DNA from: Candidatus Aenigmatarchaeota archaeon
Lineage (GTDB): Archaea; Aenigmatarchaeota; Aenigmatarchaeia; CG10238-14; SCSR01
Direction of reading: 5' to 3'
NCBI GenBank assembly: GCA_030017875.1
Contig: JASEGQ010000011.1
Coordinates: 1 to 16,594 of the forward strand
DNA: 16,594 nucleotides
Within the stretch, counting starts at the first letter, position 1. The number at the start of each line of letters is the position of its first letter. Under the pieces are notes generated by a model. That model ran no database searches, was not told the DNA's origin, and saw only the letters and a list, made by a program, of their open reading frames with translations. The position numbers and the translations under genes are program-made. Positions 6,173-13,771 of this stretch are shown here, one piece after another.

Positions 6173-7747
6173 TTATTTTTCTAACCCTGTTTTTATTTCA
6201 ACCCTTCTCTTTATCATATCCTCAAGCCTACTTAAAATAGTTTTTTGATCTTTTCTGGTTAGTTTAGCTAGTGATTCGGAAACTACTGGAATATACCTCT
6301 CAAATATTTGTTTTCTTAAGAACTTTTCTCTTGCTCTTCTTTTCTGGCTGATATATTTTGCAAGTTTTCTTCCTGCGTCTTGAAGGGCAAGCTTGATCTC
6401 TCTAACTATTTCAGGATAGTTTGCGATCGCTTGCTTTCCTTCAGTAGTAAAAGGAACCCACACAGAAGCAAAATGAACAAGAATCACTAAAGGCCCTATG
6501 GGCAAAGCTCCTGCAGGTTGCTGTAGGCCATATCTTCTCCAATCCACCTCTGTAATAGCTTCAGTTATCGCACAATCGCTCTGATGGTATAACAAAGGAA
6601 CCTTGTTTGCAAATCTAAATATCTTAACAGTTTCATTTAGCGGAAGGTTTCCTCCATAAGCTAAGCCAACTGAGATTTGAAAAGGATTTCCTCTATAAAC
6701 TGTTGGAGGCCTGGAAATCGCAACAAAATGTTCTGCTTCTATCTCTTTTTTCAAGCCTTCTGTGATTAAACTCTCGGTAAGAGGGGAAAGACAATCAGTT
6801 GGTGGAGCAATTAGTTTAACCATTTGCATTGCTTTGTGCAGTCTGTCAGATTCCTCTGTGTTTAGATCTTGAGGCTTTCTACTATGCTCAAGCTTTGCTA
6901 GCTTGCATACCTGCTCTGCAGAGCTTCTCCCCACACGACAGAATTCTGTTGTTAAGAAACTAATGAGATTTTTTGCTTTTGTGGCTGAAAGCATTCTTCT
7001 TAAAATTCCAAGCTCAATCCCATGTGGATGAGGCTTGATTTCTTTTGGCTGTTTTGGTAGTTCATTGGTTACTCTTTTGAACTCGGCCTTACCGCTCGGT
7101 CCATCAAAAAAAATATTAGCATGAGGATTTGCTATTGCAGTCTGCTTGATGTATTCGAGAATTGACTGGCCCTTTTCTACGTACCTTCCTTCAACTTCCA
7201 TCTCAACTTTTACGCCGTGCCATTTCTCAGGATTTTTCTCCTTTTTATGGGAAATTACATTAGGCTCATTCTTCGTCACATCTATCATCAACTCGAAAAT
7301 ATGCTTGTCTTTTCCAGTACTTGTTGTTACACTTACAGGTTTTCCTGTTGTTAGCTGGGAGTACAAAACTGCGCCGTGAATCCCAACCCCCATTATGCCG
7401 CGGGTCTGTCTCAATTTGTGGAACTTGCTTCCGAAAAGAAGCTTCCCAAAAGCAAAAGGGACTTTTGATTCGATTATTCCTGGCCCATTGTCTTCTATCA
7501 CAACTTTAAATCTGTTTACACCAACCTGCTTTAGTGAGATGAATATTTCTGGCAAAATCCCTGCATCCTGTGTTGCATCTAAGCTATTATCTAGCCCTTC
7601 CTTGACAACTGTTACTAGAGACTTGGTCGGATTTTCGTACCCAAGAAAGTGCTTATTTTTATTTCGTCTTGCCTATTGCAAGATTTCGAAAAATTCAGCT
7701 ATACTTATCTCTTTCATGTCTTTTGCCAATTCTTCTGCTGTAATCAT
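6173..7747 (-). CDS. top6B: DNA topoisomerase VI subunit B, two exons (7747..7685 joined to 7660..6173), 516 aa after removal of a 24-nt BHB intron
   Basis: The ORF track starts at TTG 7555, downstream of the GHKL N-box EGLDNSLDA (7600..7574), so the real gene must begin further upstream. An ATG at 7747 preceded by GGAGGTGA opens the same frame as MITAEELAKDMKEISIAEFFE. That frame then hits TAG at 7675..7673. Deleting 7684..7661 keeps the frame and gives [34 protein letters not shown]. Confidence 0.85.
7661..7684 (-). other. 24-nt bulge-helix-bulge intron within the top6B coding sequence (contains the in-frame TAG)
   Basis: RNA reads UUU UUCG AA|A UCUUGC AAUAG GCAAGA CGAA AU|A AAA. The outer helix is UUU/AAA. 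The central helix UUCG (7690..7687) pairs with CGAA (7666..7663) at 4 of 4. Two 3-nt bulges lie on opposite strands. The inner helix has 6 bp and the loop AAUAG holds the UAG. This geometry matches the tRNA introns in this window. Confidence 0.75.
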
Positions 7748-7760
7748 CTCAACCACTACT

Positions 7761-7768
7761 TCACCTCC
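7761..7768 (-). promoter_or_regulatory. Shine-Dalgarno-like site for top6B
   Basis: Minus-strand GGAGGTGA lies 13 nt upstream of ATG 7747, in the 27-nt gap after the KH-protein stop codon. Confidence 0.4.
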
Positions 7769-7774
7769 ATATTT

Positions 7775-8266
7775 TCACTTTTTATATTTTTCTAAGAACC
7801 TGTATACTGTAGAGTGCAGACTTCCAAGCAAGAGTTTGTCTATCGCTTGCCTAGCTACCATAACCCTGTCCCACTTCCCTATAATGCTTATTGTTTTTCC
7901 GTAAACTGAAAGCTTAACCTCAGCATATTTTTCAATCAGCCTTTTTGTCTTCCCTTTTGTCCCTATAACTCTTCCTTTAAGCGTTACTATTCTGCTTCTG
8001 GATTTTTTTGCAAAATCTCTAACATCTATAACCTCAAGATAGTAATCCTCGTCTAATAAATTTAACGCAGAATCAAAATCAAAACCTCTTCCAAAAGCTT
8101 TCAAGACTTCTTTAACCCTCAAAACTTTTAATGGCTCGCCCTCTATGTAGATCTCATCGTTTAATTCTACATCAACTTCTGAAAGACTCTTTAATTGCTC
8201 GATAAACTTTTTGTTCTTCCTTAAAATCTTCATCCTCTCTTCTGGTATAGCAATATGATCTATCAT
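7775..8266 (-). CDS. KH-domain RNA-binding protein (archaeal Dim2/Pno1-like)
   Basis: 163 aa with a KH GXXG loop (VIGTKGKTKRLIE). It sits in the conserved archaeal aIF1A-Rio1-KH arrangement. It overlaps the rio1 stop by 4 nt. TGA stop. Confidence 0.8.
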   Translation of the reverse strand: MIDHIAIPEERMKILRKNKKFIEQLKSLSEVDVELNDEIYIEGEPLKVLRVKEVLKAFGRGFDFDSALNLLDEDYYLEVIDVRDFAKKSRSRIVTLKGRVIGTKGKTKRLIEKYAEVKLSVYGKTISIIGKWDRVMVARQAIDKLLLGSLHSTVYRFLEKYKK

Positions 8267-9003
8267 TCTAATCCCGCCATGGCTGAAAACCTTTTGAATA
8301 GCTCCTCTTCATTTTTTATTTTGACATTCAATGCCTTGAAATACGAGTTAACATTTTTTATGTCTCTCCTTAAAAACTCTGAAGCTAGTTGATGTTTTAA
8401 CGGTACAGCTTGGCTGAAATCGATAATGTACGGCTTACCCCAAATCAAGATGTTGTAAGCACTCAAATCCGAATGAATCAAGCCAGATCTTAAAATTTTT
8501 TCCACCTCGTTCAAAATAAACTCATAAACTCCTTGCTTATCTCTATTCTCTAGTTTGACATCGATCAGTCTTGGAGCAAGTTTCCCATCTTCCCCGATGA
8601 ACTCTATTACTAGGATGTTTTCGTTGAACGCGATTGGCTTTGGGCAGCTCACCCCAGCTTCGTGAGCAATCGTCAAATTTTTGAACTCCCTTTTACACCA
8701 GTTCAAGATCACTGCTCTTCTACTCTTTTTGACACTAGAAAATCTCGGATCCCCAACCAGATATTTCCACATACTCTTGAAATCGCAGTATTCAGCTCTA
8801 TAAACCTTTAAAGCCAGCCAATTATCGTTCTTATCTTTAGCTGAAAAAACAACGGACTCCTTGCCCTCCTTTGCAACACCCTCCACAGATTTGATTATAC
8901 CTTTGTTTAGCAGTTTGTATATCGCAAGCAGCGTTCTTTCATCAAAAACCTTTCTCTCTATTTTTAATTCTTTGACATCTTCCAATCTTATTTTCGGTTT
9001 CAA
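8263..9003 (-). CDS. rio1: RIO-type serine/threonine protein kinase (Rio1-like)
   Basis: Shows the nucleotide-binding Lys (LALKVYR), the catalytic loop LIHSDLSAYNILI and the metal-binding motif IIDFSQAV. 246 aa. Confidence 0.9.
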   Translation of the reverse strand: MKPKIRLEDVKELKIERKVFDERTLLAIYKLLNKGIIKSVEGVAKEGKESVVFSAKDKNDNWLALKVYRAEYCDFKSMWKYLVGDPRFSSVKKSRRAVILNWCKREFKNLTIAHEAGVSCPKPIAFNENILVIEFIGEDGKLAPRLIDVKLENRDKQGVYEFILNEVEKILRSGLIHSDLSAYNILIWGKPYIIDFSQAVPLKHQLASEFLRRDIKNVNSYFKALNVKIKNEEELFKRFSAMAGLE

Positions 9004-9045
9004 ATCAGTTCGCCTAATTGTAAATTAATTCTAAGATGATAAGAG

Positions 9046-9372
9046 TTATTCAATAGAAATAGTCTTAACAAACCCTTTCCTTCTGAGCCAATTCGCTTGA
9101 GTCGGGGTGTATCTAAAAATTATATCCCCTCTTTCCTCGCTCTGGACCTTCCAAGGCTGGATTAAAATTAAGTCACCGATTTTGACCCAAACTTTCTTTC
9201 TTAGCCTGCCAGGAATTCTGCAAATTCTTGTGTTGCCATCATCACACTTTCCTCTCACTTTGTCTGCCCCAAGCATCATCTCTACCACGCCTAAAACCTC
9301 TCCCTGTCTAGGGATTCTAATTCTCGCTACCTCTAGCTCTTCTGGAGTTGGTTCAAACTTCTTTTTTCCCAA
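9046..9372 (-). CDS. eif1a: translation initiation factor aIF1A
   Basis: 108 aa with an S1/OB-fold core GEVLGVVEMMLGADKVRGKCDDGNTRICRIPGRLRKKVWVKIGDLILIQPW, typical of eIF1A/aIF1A. Confidence 0.9.
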   Translation of the reverse strand: MGKKKFEPTPEELEVARIRIPRQGEVLGVVEMMLGADKVRGKCDDGNTRICRIPGRLRKKVWVKIGDLILIQPWKVQSEERGDIIFRYTPTQANWLRRKGFVKTISIE

Positions 9373-10047
9373 TCAACCACCGATTGAAACCAAAATTGTA
9401 TCCTTATAAACTTTTTTTCCTCTTATACTACCACTTAGCTTTCTTGAGATTTTAATATTTGCTTTGAGCTTATTCTTCAGGTTTTTTGCAATCTCAAGAG
9501 CAGACCTTTTCGAGCCTATATAAACGTCAAAGCCGTTAGCAACCTCCTCGTACCTTGAAATAAAAGCGAGGTTGTCGTATTGGCTTAGAATATTGATCCG
9601 CTCTTCTATTTCTTTTGAAATTTTTCCTAGAAGATTTTCTGGAGCTCTTACTTGCAGAATTGATTGGTAATAGCCTATAGACCTCATAGAGCATGCTCTG
9701 CAGGTAATTTTTTTTATTATCAGATTCGAAATTTTTTCTTCGGTTTTTTCCAAGTCAGCAATTTTCAAATTTAAATTGATATGCACTTTTTTATCTTCAA
9801 TTCTATAAATTGCTTTTTTTATTTCTGGTTGTATCAACAAATTCGAAAGAATTGATTCTAGAGCATTCTCAACACTGGCAGCTCTGTTGTCTGAAAATGT
9901 TCTGTTGCAAGATTTACATCTCTTGATAACAATTCTATCAGGAATTAGTTTTGAAAAAGAGATTTTTGATAAGAAGCAATCCTTGCATAAATTCTCATAA
10001 AACTTTTCTGCTGTCTTTCCGCACTTCGGACAAAATTTTCTGCTCAT
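9373..10047 (-). CDS. NMD3-family protein (archaeal large-subunit biogenesis/export factor homologue)
   Basis: N-terminal CxxC pairs CPKCGK...CKDCF...CKSCNR...CRACS with NMD3-like spacing. 224 aa. The stop codon abuts the aIF1A start. Confidence 0.65.
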   Translation of the reverse strand: MSRKFCPKCGKTAEKFYENLCKDCFLSKISFSKLIPDRIVIKRCKSCNRTFSDNRAASVENALESILSNLLIQPEIKKAIYRIEDKKVHINLNLKIADLEKTEEKISNLIIKKITCRACSMRSIGYYQSILQVRAPENLLGKISKEIEERINILSQYDNLAFISRYEEVANGFDVYIGSKRSALEIAKNLKNKLKANIKISRKLSGSIRGKKVYKDTILVSIGG

Positions 10048-10069
10048 AATGAAAACTTATATTCTCTAG

Positions 10070-10996
10070 TTAAGTTTTTGCTAGGAGCACCACTCTGCTA
10101 GCCAAATCCTCGTCTTTAATTTTATACCCAGCAGATTCTGATAGATTTTGGGCAAATTTTCTAATGTCGTCCATCGTAGGCATCGCAGCTCTTGGCAATC
10201 TTTTCTGAGCTTCTCCTACATGAAAAAAAGCTTTAGCCTCTATGAAGTCTGGCTCTGCTCTTAATATAAGCTTTGCATATTTTTCTGGTTCTTTGAGATT
10301 AAGTTCTTTTACAAGAGTAAGCCTAATAACTTTTCTACAACTAAAACTTCTCATCAGTTCTAAACTTTCCATCTGTTTTTCCCAAGCATTTGGGACTAGT
10401 GGGTTGTCGACTTTAATAAAAGTTTGTTTGTCTGGAGCACAAAGGGAGATATAAAAATTTGTTGGTTCAACTTCTAAATTCATTATTTTCTCTGGAAGAG
10501 TACCCTTTGTTAAAAGAAAGGTTGTGAAATTTCTTTTGTGAAATTCTTTTAATAGCTCTGAAATTTTTGGATATAGCAAGCTTTCGCCAATAAGACTTAA
10601 TGCAGCGTTATTTGGGTATTGAGCTTCTTCATATTTTTTTCTATCAATACTTGGATTTCCCTTGAAACCTGTTAAAAGCAATCTTTGTTGTTTAATCAAT
10701 TCTTCTATAATCTCAGCAGGCTCATCTATTTCCATACTTTCCATATTTTGCTCAAAGAAAGGATGGAAGGTTCTCCAGCAGTAGACGCATCTGTTTAGGC
10801 AAAACAAACTAACTGTGCATTGCAAGCATCTATGACTTTCAACTCCGTACCATCTTTTGAAGCAATTTCTACCGCGGCTAATGCTTTCCTTTGTCCACTT
10901 ACAAATTTTTACTGCAGAATGCTGATTTTTACCGACAAATCTATAGCCTTGTTTCTCATAAATTTTTTTAAATTCCTCCGGGATCTTATTAGGCAT
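10070..10996 (-). CDS. taw1: tRNA 4-demethylwyosine synthase (TYW1/Taw1, radical SAM)
   Basis: HSAVKICKWTKESI..CFKRWYGVESHRCLQ is the auxiliary-cluster region and CLNRCVYCW is the radical-SAM CxxxCxxC motif. 308 aa, comparable with archaeal Taw1. Confidence 0.85.
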   Translation of the reverse strand: MPNKIPEEFKKIYEKQGYRFVGKNQHSAVKICKWTKESISRGRNCFKRWYGVESHRCLQCTVSLFCLNRCVYCWRTFHPFFEQNMESMEIDEPAEIIEELIKQQRLLLTGFKGNPSIDRKKYEEAQYPNNAALSLIGESLLYPKISELLKEFHKRNFTTFLLTKGTLPEKIMNLEVEPTNFYISLCAPDKQTFIKVDNPLVPNAWEKQMESLELMRSFSCRKVIRLTLVKELNLKEPEKYAKLILRAEPDFIEAKAFFHVGEAQKRLPRAAMPTMDDIRKFAQNLSESAGYKIKDEDLASRVVLLAKT

Positions 10997-11058
10997 ATTT
11001 TTAAGTTTTATTGCAAAATATTTATTAAGCCCTGGTAGCTCAGCTGGTAGAGCAACTG

Positions 11059-11071
11059 TCGAACGGTTGAG
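11059..11071 (+). other. tRNA-Thr intron 1 (13 nt, between positions 30 and 31)
   Basis: Intron sequence is UCGAACGGUUGAG. The central helix pairs exon C25 A26 A27 C28 with intron GUUG (11066..11069) at 4 of 4. The 5' bulge is UG|U and the 3' bulge is AG|A. The outer helix pairs G22 A23 G24 with C32 U33 U34. The intron interior is only a small loop. Confidence 0.7.
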
Positions 11072-11078
11072 ACTTGTA

Positions 11079-11109
11079 ACTGATCATCTGAAGAAGATTA
11101 TGGCAATTG
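11079..11109 (+). other. tRNA-Thr intron 2 (31 nt, canonical 37/38 position)
   Basis: Exon U33 U34 G35 pairs with intron CAA (11104..11106), and C32 faces U, so the central helix is 3 of 4. The 5' bulge is UA|A and the 3' bulge is UG|A. The inner helix is short and wobble-rich. This is a relaxed BHB stacked on the anticodon stem. Confidence 0.65.
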
Positions 11110-11387
11110 ATCAGTAGGTCGCGAGTTCGAGTCTCGCCCAGGGCTTAGTATTATCAGAATTAACAACATGTTTTATTCTGTTATGTAGTACCGGTAAGAG
11201 TAGGCCTGGCTGAATTGCTGAAATGTATTGTGGATGTCAACTTATGCGTCCTAACAACGCATAAAATTTGTTCACAATAAGCTTGCGAAAATGTCTACGC
11301 TGTTATATTGTGAGGTTAAAACCTAGGGAAAATGTCATAAGTTCCATTAAACGTAAGCTTTAAACAGATAAACTACATTCTTATGGG

Positions 11388-12191
11388 TTGAAATTTCAGA
11401 AATATGGTTTAAAGAAGGTGAGCATCTTGAAAACTGAATTATACGAAGTGATGGATTATACAAGAAAGATGATCCCTAAGATAACAGATCTCGTAAATGA
11501 TCTTTTCGATGTTATGCCGCCAAAAATAGATATAATCTTCGGTACACCTTCAGCAATTAAGGGTTATACAGAGGGTTGTTGTAATCCAAAGGCATTCGCT
11601 TTCTATTTTTCTCCATCTTTCTCTGGAGGTCCATTTATTCTTCATCAAATACACGTTCAGTTAGAGATTGTGCAACGCTATAACAAATTGTTTGGCCTAG
11701 AGGTGGAACCAAAACATTTTTCTCTGTCAACCCTTTCTCACGAATACGCCCATTACCTTTTTGATTGGATGCATAGATTTAAATTGTCTAAAGAAACGGA
11801 AAGAATTCTTAAAAGAATGATATCAAAGAAGTGTAAAACTCTGAAGGAGTATACAGAAGCTGTCAAATACTTCATTATCAAAGGAAAAGTTGAGGCAGTT
11901 GGGGAGGTAGCCAGAAGGGAAATAATAAATGCTTTTAATTATTCCGAGGACCTCAATTCTCTAGAAGAAATTGCTGGACGGGTAGGTAAATATAAAGTGA
12001 GAATAACTGGAGAAGTGGAGCGTATAGTGCCCTACATACTTACAATATTAGGGAGGTATTATGCAGATACGATACCTAAAGGAAAAAAAGAATTCCAAGA
12101 ATTTGTCCGTAAAAACCCATTGGCTGTCGAAAAAAGAGATTTAGTTGAAGCATCGACAATCTTAGATGCAGAGTTCTCATCTTTTATTTAG
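11388..12191 (+). CDS. hypothetical protein with an HExxH motif (putative zinc metallopeptidase)
   Basis: 267-codon ORF from TTG 11388, with an alternative in-frame ATG at 11448. It contains LSHEYAHYLFDW. TAG stop, followed by a hairpin terminator. I cannot assign a family. Confidence 0.5.
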   Translation: MKFQKYGLKKVSILKTELYEVMDYTRKMIPKITDLVNDLFDVMPPKIDIIFGTPSAIKGYTEGCCNPKAFAFYFSPSFSGGPFILHQIHVQLEIVQRYNKLFGLEVEPKHFSLSTLSHEYAHYLFDWMHRFKLSKETERILKRMISKKCKTLKEYTEAVKYFIIKGKVEAVGEVARREIINAFNYSEDLNSLEEIAGRVGKYKVRITGEVERIVPYILTILGRYYADTIPKGKKEFQEFVRKNPLAVEKRDLVEASTILDAEFSSFI

Positions 12192-12220
12192 CGTATAGCC
12201 TATTTCCTGATTAAAATTCA

Positions 12221-12256
12221 AGGACGAGAAACAATCTCGTCCTTTTTTATTTTTCT
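12221..12256 (+). terminator. hairpin plus T-tract terminator downstream of the HExxH gene
   Basis: AGGACGAGA (12221..12229) and UCUCGUCCU (12235..12243) form a 9-bp stem with loop AACAA. It is followed immediately by TTTTTTATTTTTC. Confidence 0.5.
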
Positions 12257-12437
12257 TTAAAAAAACAGCTTCTCCATAATAAGATAAAGAATAAAATTGG
12301 TGCTGAGATTCTTACTTAAAATTGTCAAATGAAATTTTTGGGAAAATCAAAAGGAGATTAGAGAAACTATTTGAAAAGAAAGAGCTATTGTGTTTTCTGG
12401 TGGAGCCTAAAGATACTATAAATGATTTACGAGTAAT

Positions 12438-13499
12438 TTAGCTTTTTTCTAAAAAATCAACATCCAGAAGCGAAGACAATTTTGCTATTCCAAAATTTTT
12501 GATTAAGGTAAAGGCAAGAGGTCTGTCCTGTATTTTATAAAAAATTTTTTTCATAATCATCCCAAGCCTGATTGGATTAGCCAGTTTCTTTTTCCATTCT
12601 TTCTCATAATTTTCAAACAAAAATTTTTCAGAGAAATCGTTCGATTCTAATGCTGCAATGCAGGCTTTACCAGCAAGCCCTGCTCCAACCTTGCCGTAGA
12701 TTAACCCTCCTGCGGAAAAGGGTTTCACCTGGCAAGCAGCATCCCCAACAAGCAGAACATTATCTGCTACGGACTTTTTAATCAAGCCATATCTCATTAC
12801 ATCTCCAGTTCTGTTGGTTGTTTCAATCCTACCAATTATTTTTTTCAAAAATTTTTCGAGATAGATACTTGGGTTTTCAAAGGCCATTAAACCGATTCTT
12901 GCTATTTCTTCATTCTCAGGGACAACCCAGGCAAACGATCCAGGAGCAACCTCAGAACCAAACCATAGCTTTACAGTATCAGAGTCGAAATTTGATTTTG
13001 CATTCACTTGAGTAGCTTTCAACAAATTACCCGGTAGTTTAAGGCCAGAAACTTTTGCAACTGTTGAATTTGGCCCATCAGCTCCAACTAAAAGACTTGT
13101 TTCATAAGCTCCTTTCGTCGTGATTACTTTTCTGTTCCTGAAATCTAAAAATCTGGTCGAGAGTTTAAATTTTGCTCCAGCTTTTTTTGCTTTTCTTCCA
13201 AGGTACTTATCATATTTTTTTCTGTCGATTAGATAAACAGGCTTTTTTGATTTGATTTCAAAATAATTATTCTTGGAATAAAATCTAGCTTTTTTTATTT
13301 TGTTAACAATTATTTCTTTTGGTATTTTTCCGATCCTATGACTCACCAAGCCTGTGCATTGAACAGGTTCACCAATTTCCGAATGTTCTTCGAGAATCAG
13401 CACATCATAGCCCTTTCTTGCAACTATCTCTCCGGTTATACAACCAGAAGGACCTGCACCAACTATAACAACATCCACCCTATCTACCGGTTCTGTCAA
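12438..13499 (-). CDS. geranylgeranyl reductase family flavoprotein (digeranylgeranylglycerophospholipid reductase-like)
   Basis: N-terminal FAD fingerprint VVIVGAGPSGC..E, and LVGDAACQVKPFSAGGL, typical of archaeal GGR. 353 aa, TTG start (an alternative GTG lies a few codons in), TAA stop. Confidence 0.85.
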   Translation of the reverse strand: MTEPVDRVDVVIVGAGPSGCITGEIVARKGYDVLILEEHSEIGEPVQCTGLVSHRIGKIPKEIIVNKIKKARFYSKNNYFEIKSKKPVYLIDRKKYDKYLGRKAKKAGAKFKLSTRFLDFRNRKVITTKGAYETSLLVGADGPNSTVAKVSGLKLPGNLLKATQVNAKSNFDSDTVKLWFGSEVAPGSFAWVVPENEEIARIGLMAFENPSIYLEKFLKKIIGRIETTNRTGDVMRYGLIKKSVADNVLLVGDAACQVKPFSAGGLIYGKVGAGLAGKACIAALESNDFSEKFLFENYEKEWKKKLANPIRLGMIMKKIFYKIQDRPLAFTLIKNFGIAKLSSLLDVDFLEKS

Positions 13500-13656
13500 C
13501 CTAACTATTTAAGCTAAGTTAACTCTGAAGCCTGATTTAAATCTTCAACTTTCGGCAGTCTACTCCCCGAACCACAGAGCCATCCCAAGTTTTAGTATGT
13601 TTATACTTGAATTTAAATCCCTATTAATTCTTAATTCTTAATCTACATCTTTCACA

Positions 13657-13716
13657 TTCTAGAGCTTCTCTTTCAGGTTTCCATTAACATATCCACATCT
13701 GGAGCAAGCTCTAGAA
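13657..13716. repeat. long inverted repeat in a 270-nt unassigned spacer
   Basis: TTCTAGAGCTT (13657..13667) is perfectly complementary to AAGCTCTAGAA (13706..13716). With a 1-nt bulge the pairing extends by CTCT/GGAG. On the plus strand the repeat is followed by TTTTT (13719..13723). Confidence 0.5.
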
Positions 13717-13771
13717 GCTTTTTGTAAGAGGTAAAATAAACTAAAAATTGAATAACTCTTGAAATTATATT

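Larger units (their letters stand above)
11029..11145 (+). tRNA. tRNA-Thr(UGU) interrupted by two introns (30/31 and 37/38); 117-nt precursor, 73-nt mature; CCA not encoded
   Basis: Sequence reads GCCCUGG UA GCUC AGCUGGUA GAGC A ACUG [13 nt] A CUUGUA [31 nt] A UCAGU AGGUC GCGAG UUCGAGU CUCGC CCAGGGC U. The spliced form has the perfect anticodon stem ACUGA/UCAGU, loop CUUGUAA, G1-C72 and C2-G71, and U73. Confidence 0.8.

Noticed and set aside
6173-7555. ORF-track model of top6B starting at TTG 7555 (460 aa)
   Set aside because: That model would delete the GHKL ATP-binding N-box (EGLDNSLDA, 7600..7574). The N-box is encoded in the same frame just upstream, so the true gene must extend to ATG 7747.
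7673-7675. In-frame TAG in top6B as stop-codon recoding (pyrrolysine or a reassigned TAG) or simple readthrough
   Set aside because: Seven other genes in this window terminate at TAG at family-appropriate positions: the Pelota-like gene, the 2866 membrane protein, amzA, top6A, the HExxH gene, uppS and pcm. The TAG also sits inside 8 extra codons absent from the conserved AEFF-KN motif spacing. Excision explains both facts and recoding explains neither.
7395-7904. 169-aa plus-strand ORF antisense to top6B and the KH gene, together with similar antisense ORFs (413..604, 523..723, 1940..2152, 4708..4917, 5602..5802, 6012..6248, 7146..7379, 7321..7509, 9107..9409, 10242..10454, 10820..11038, 12818..13015, 14893..15126, 15008..15409, 15749..16033)
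   Set aside because: Each lies entirely opposite a well-supported conserved gene. Each has Ser/Leu/Phe-rich composition typical of antisense frames in AT-rich DNA.
11088-11094. Alternative reading of the 11029..11145 tRNA as a second tRNA-Phe, using the CUGAAGA heptamer as the anticodon loop
   Set aside because: It requires a U31-U39 mismatch and introns with no BHB pairing (the central helix would be 1 of 4). It also gives U73 rather than A73. The Thr(UGU) model gives a perfect stem, a perfect CAAC/GUUG BHB and Thr-type acceptor features.
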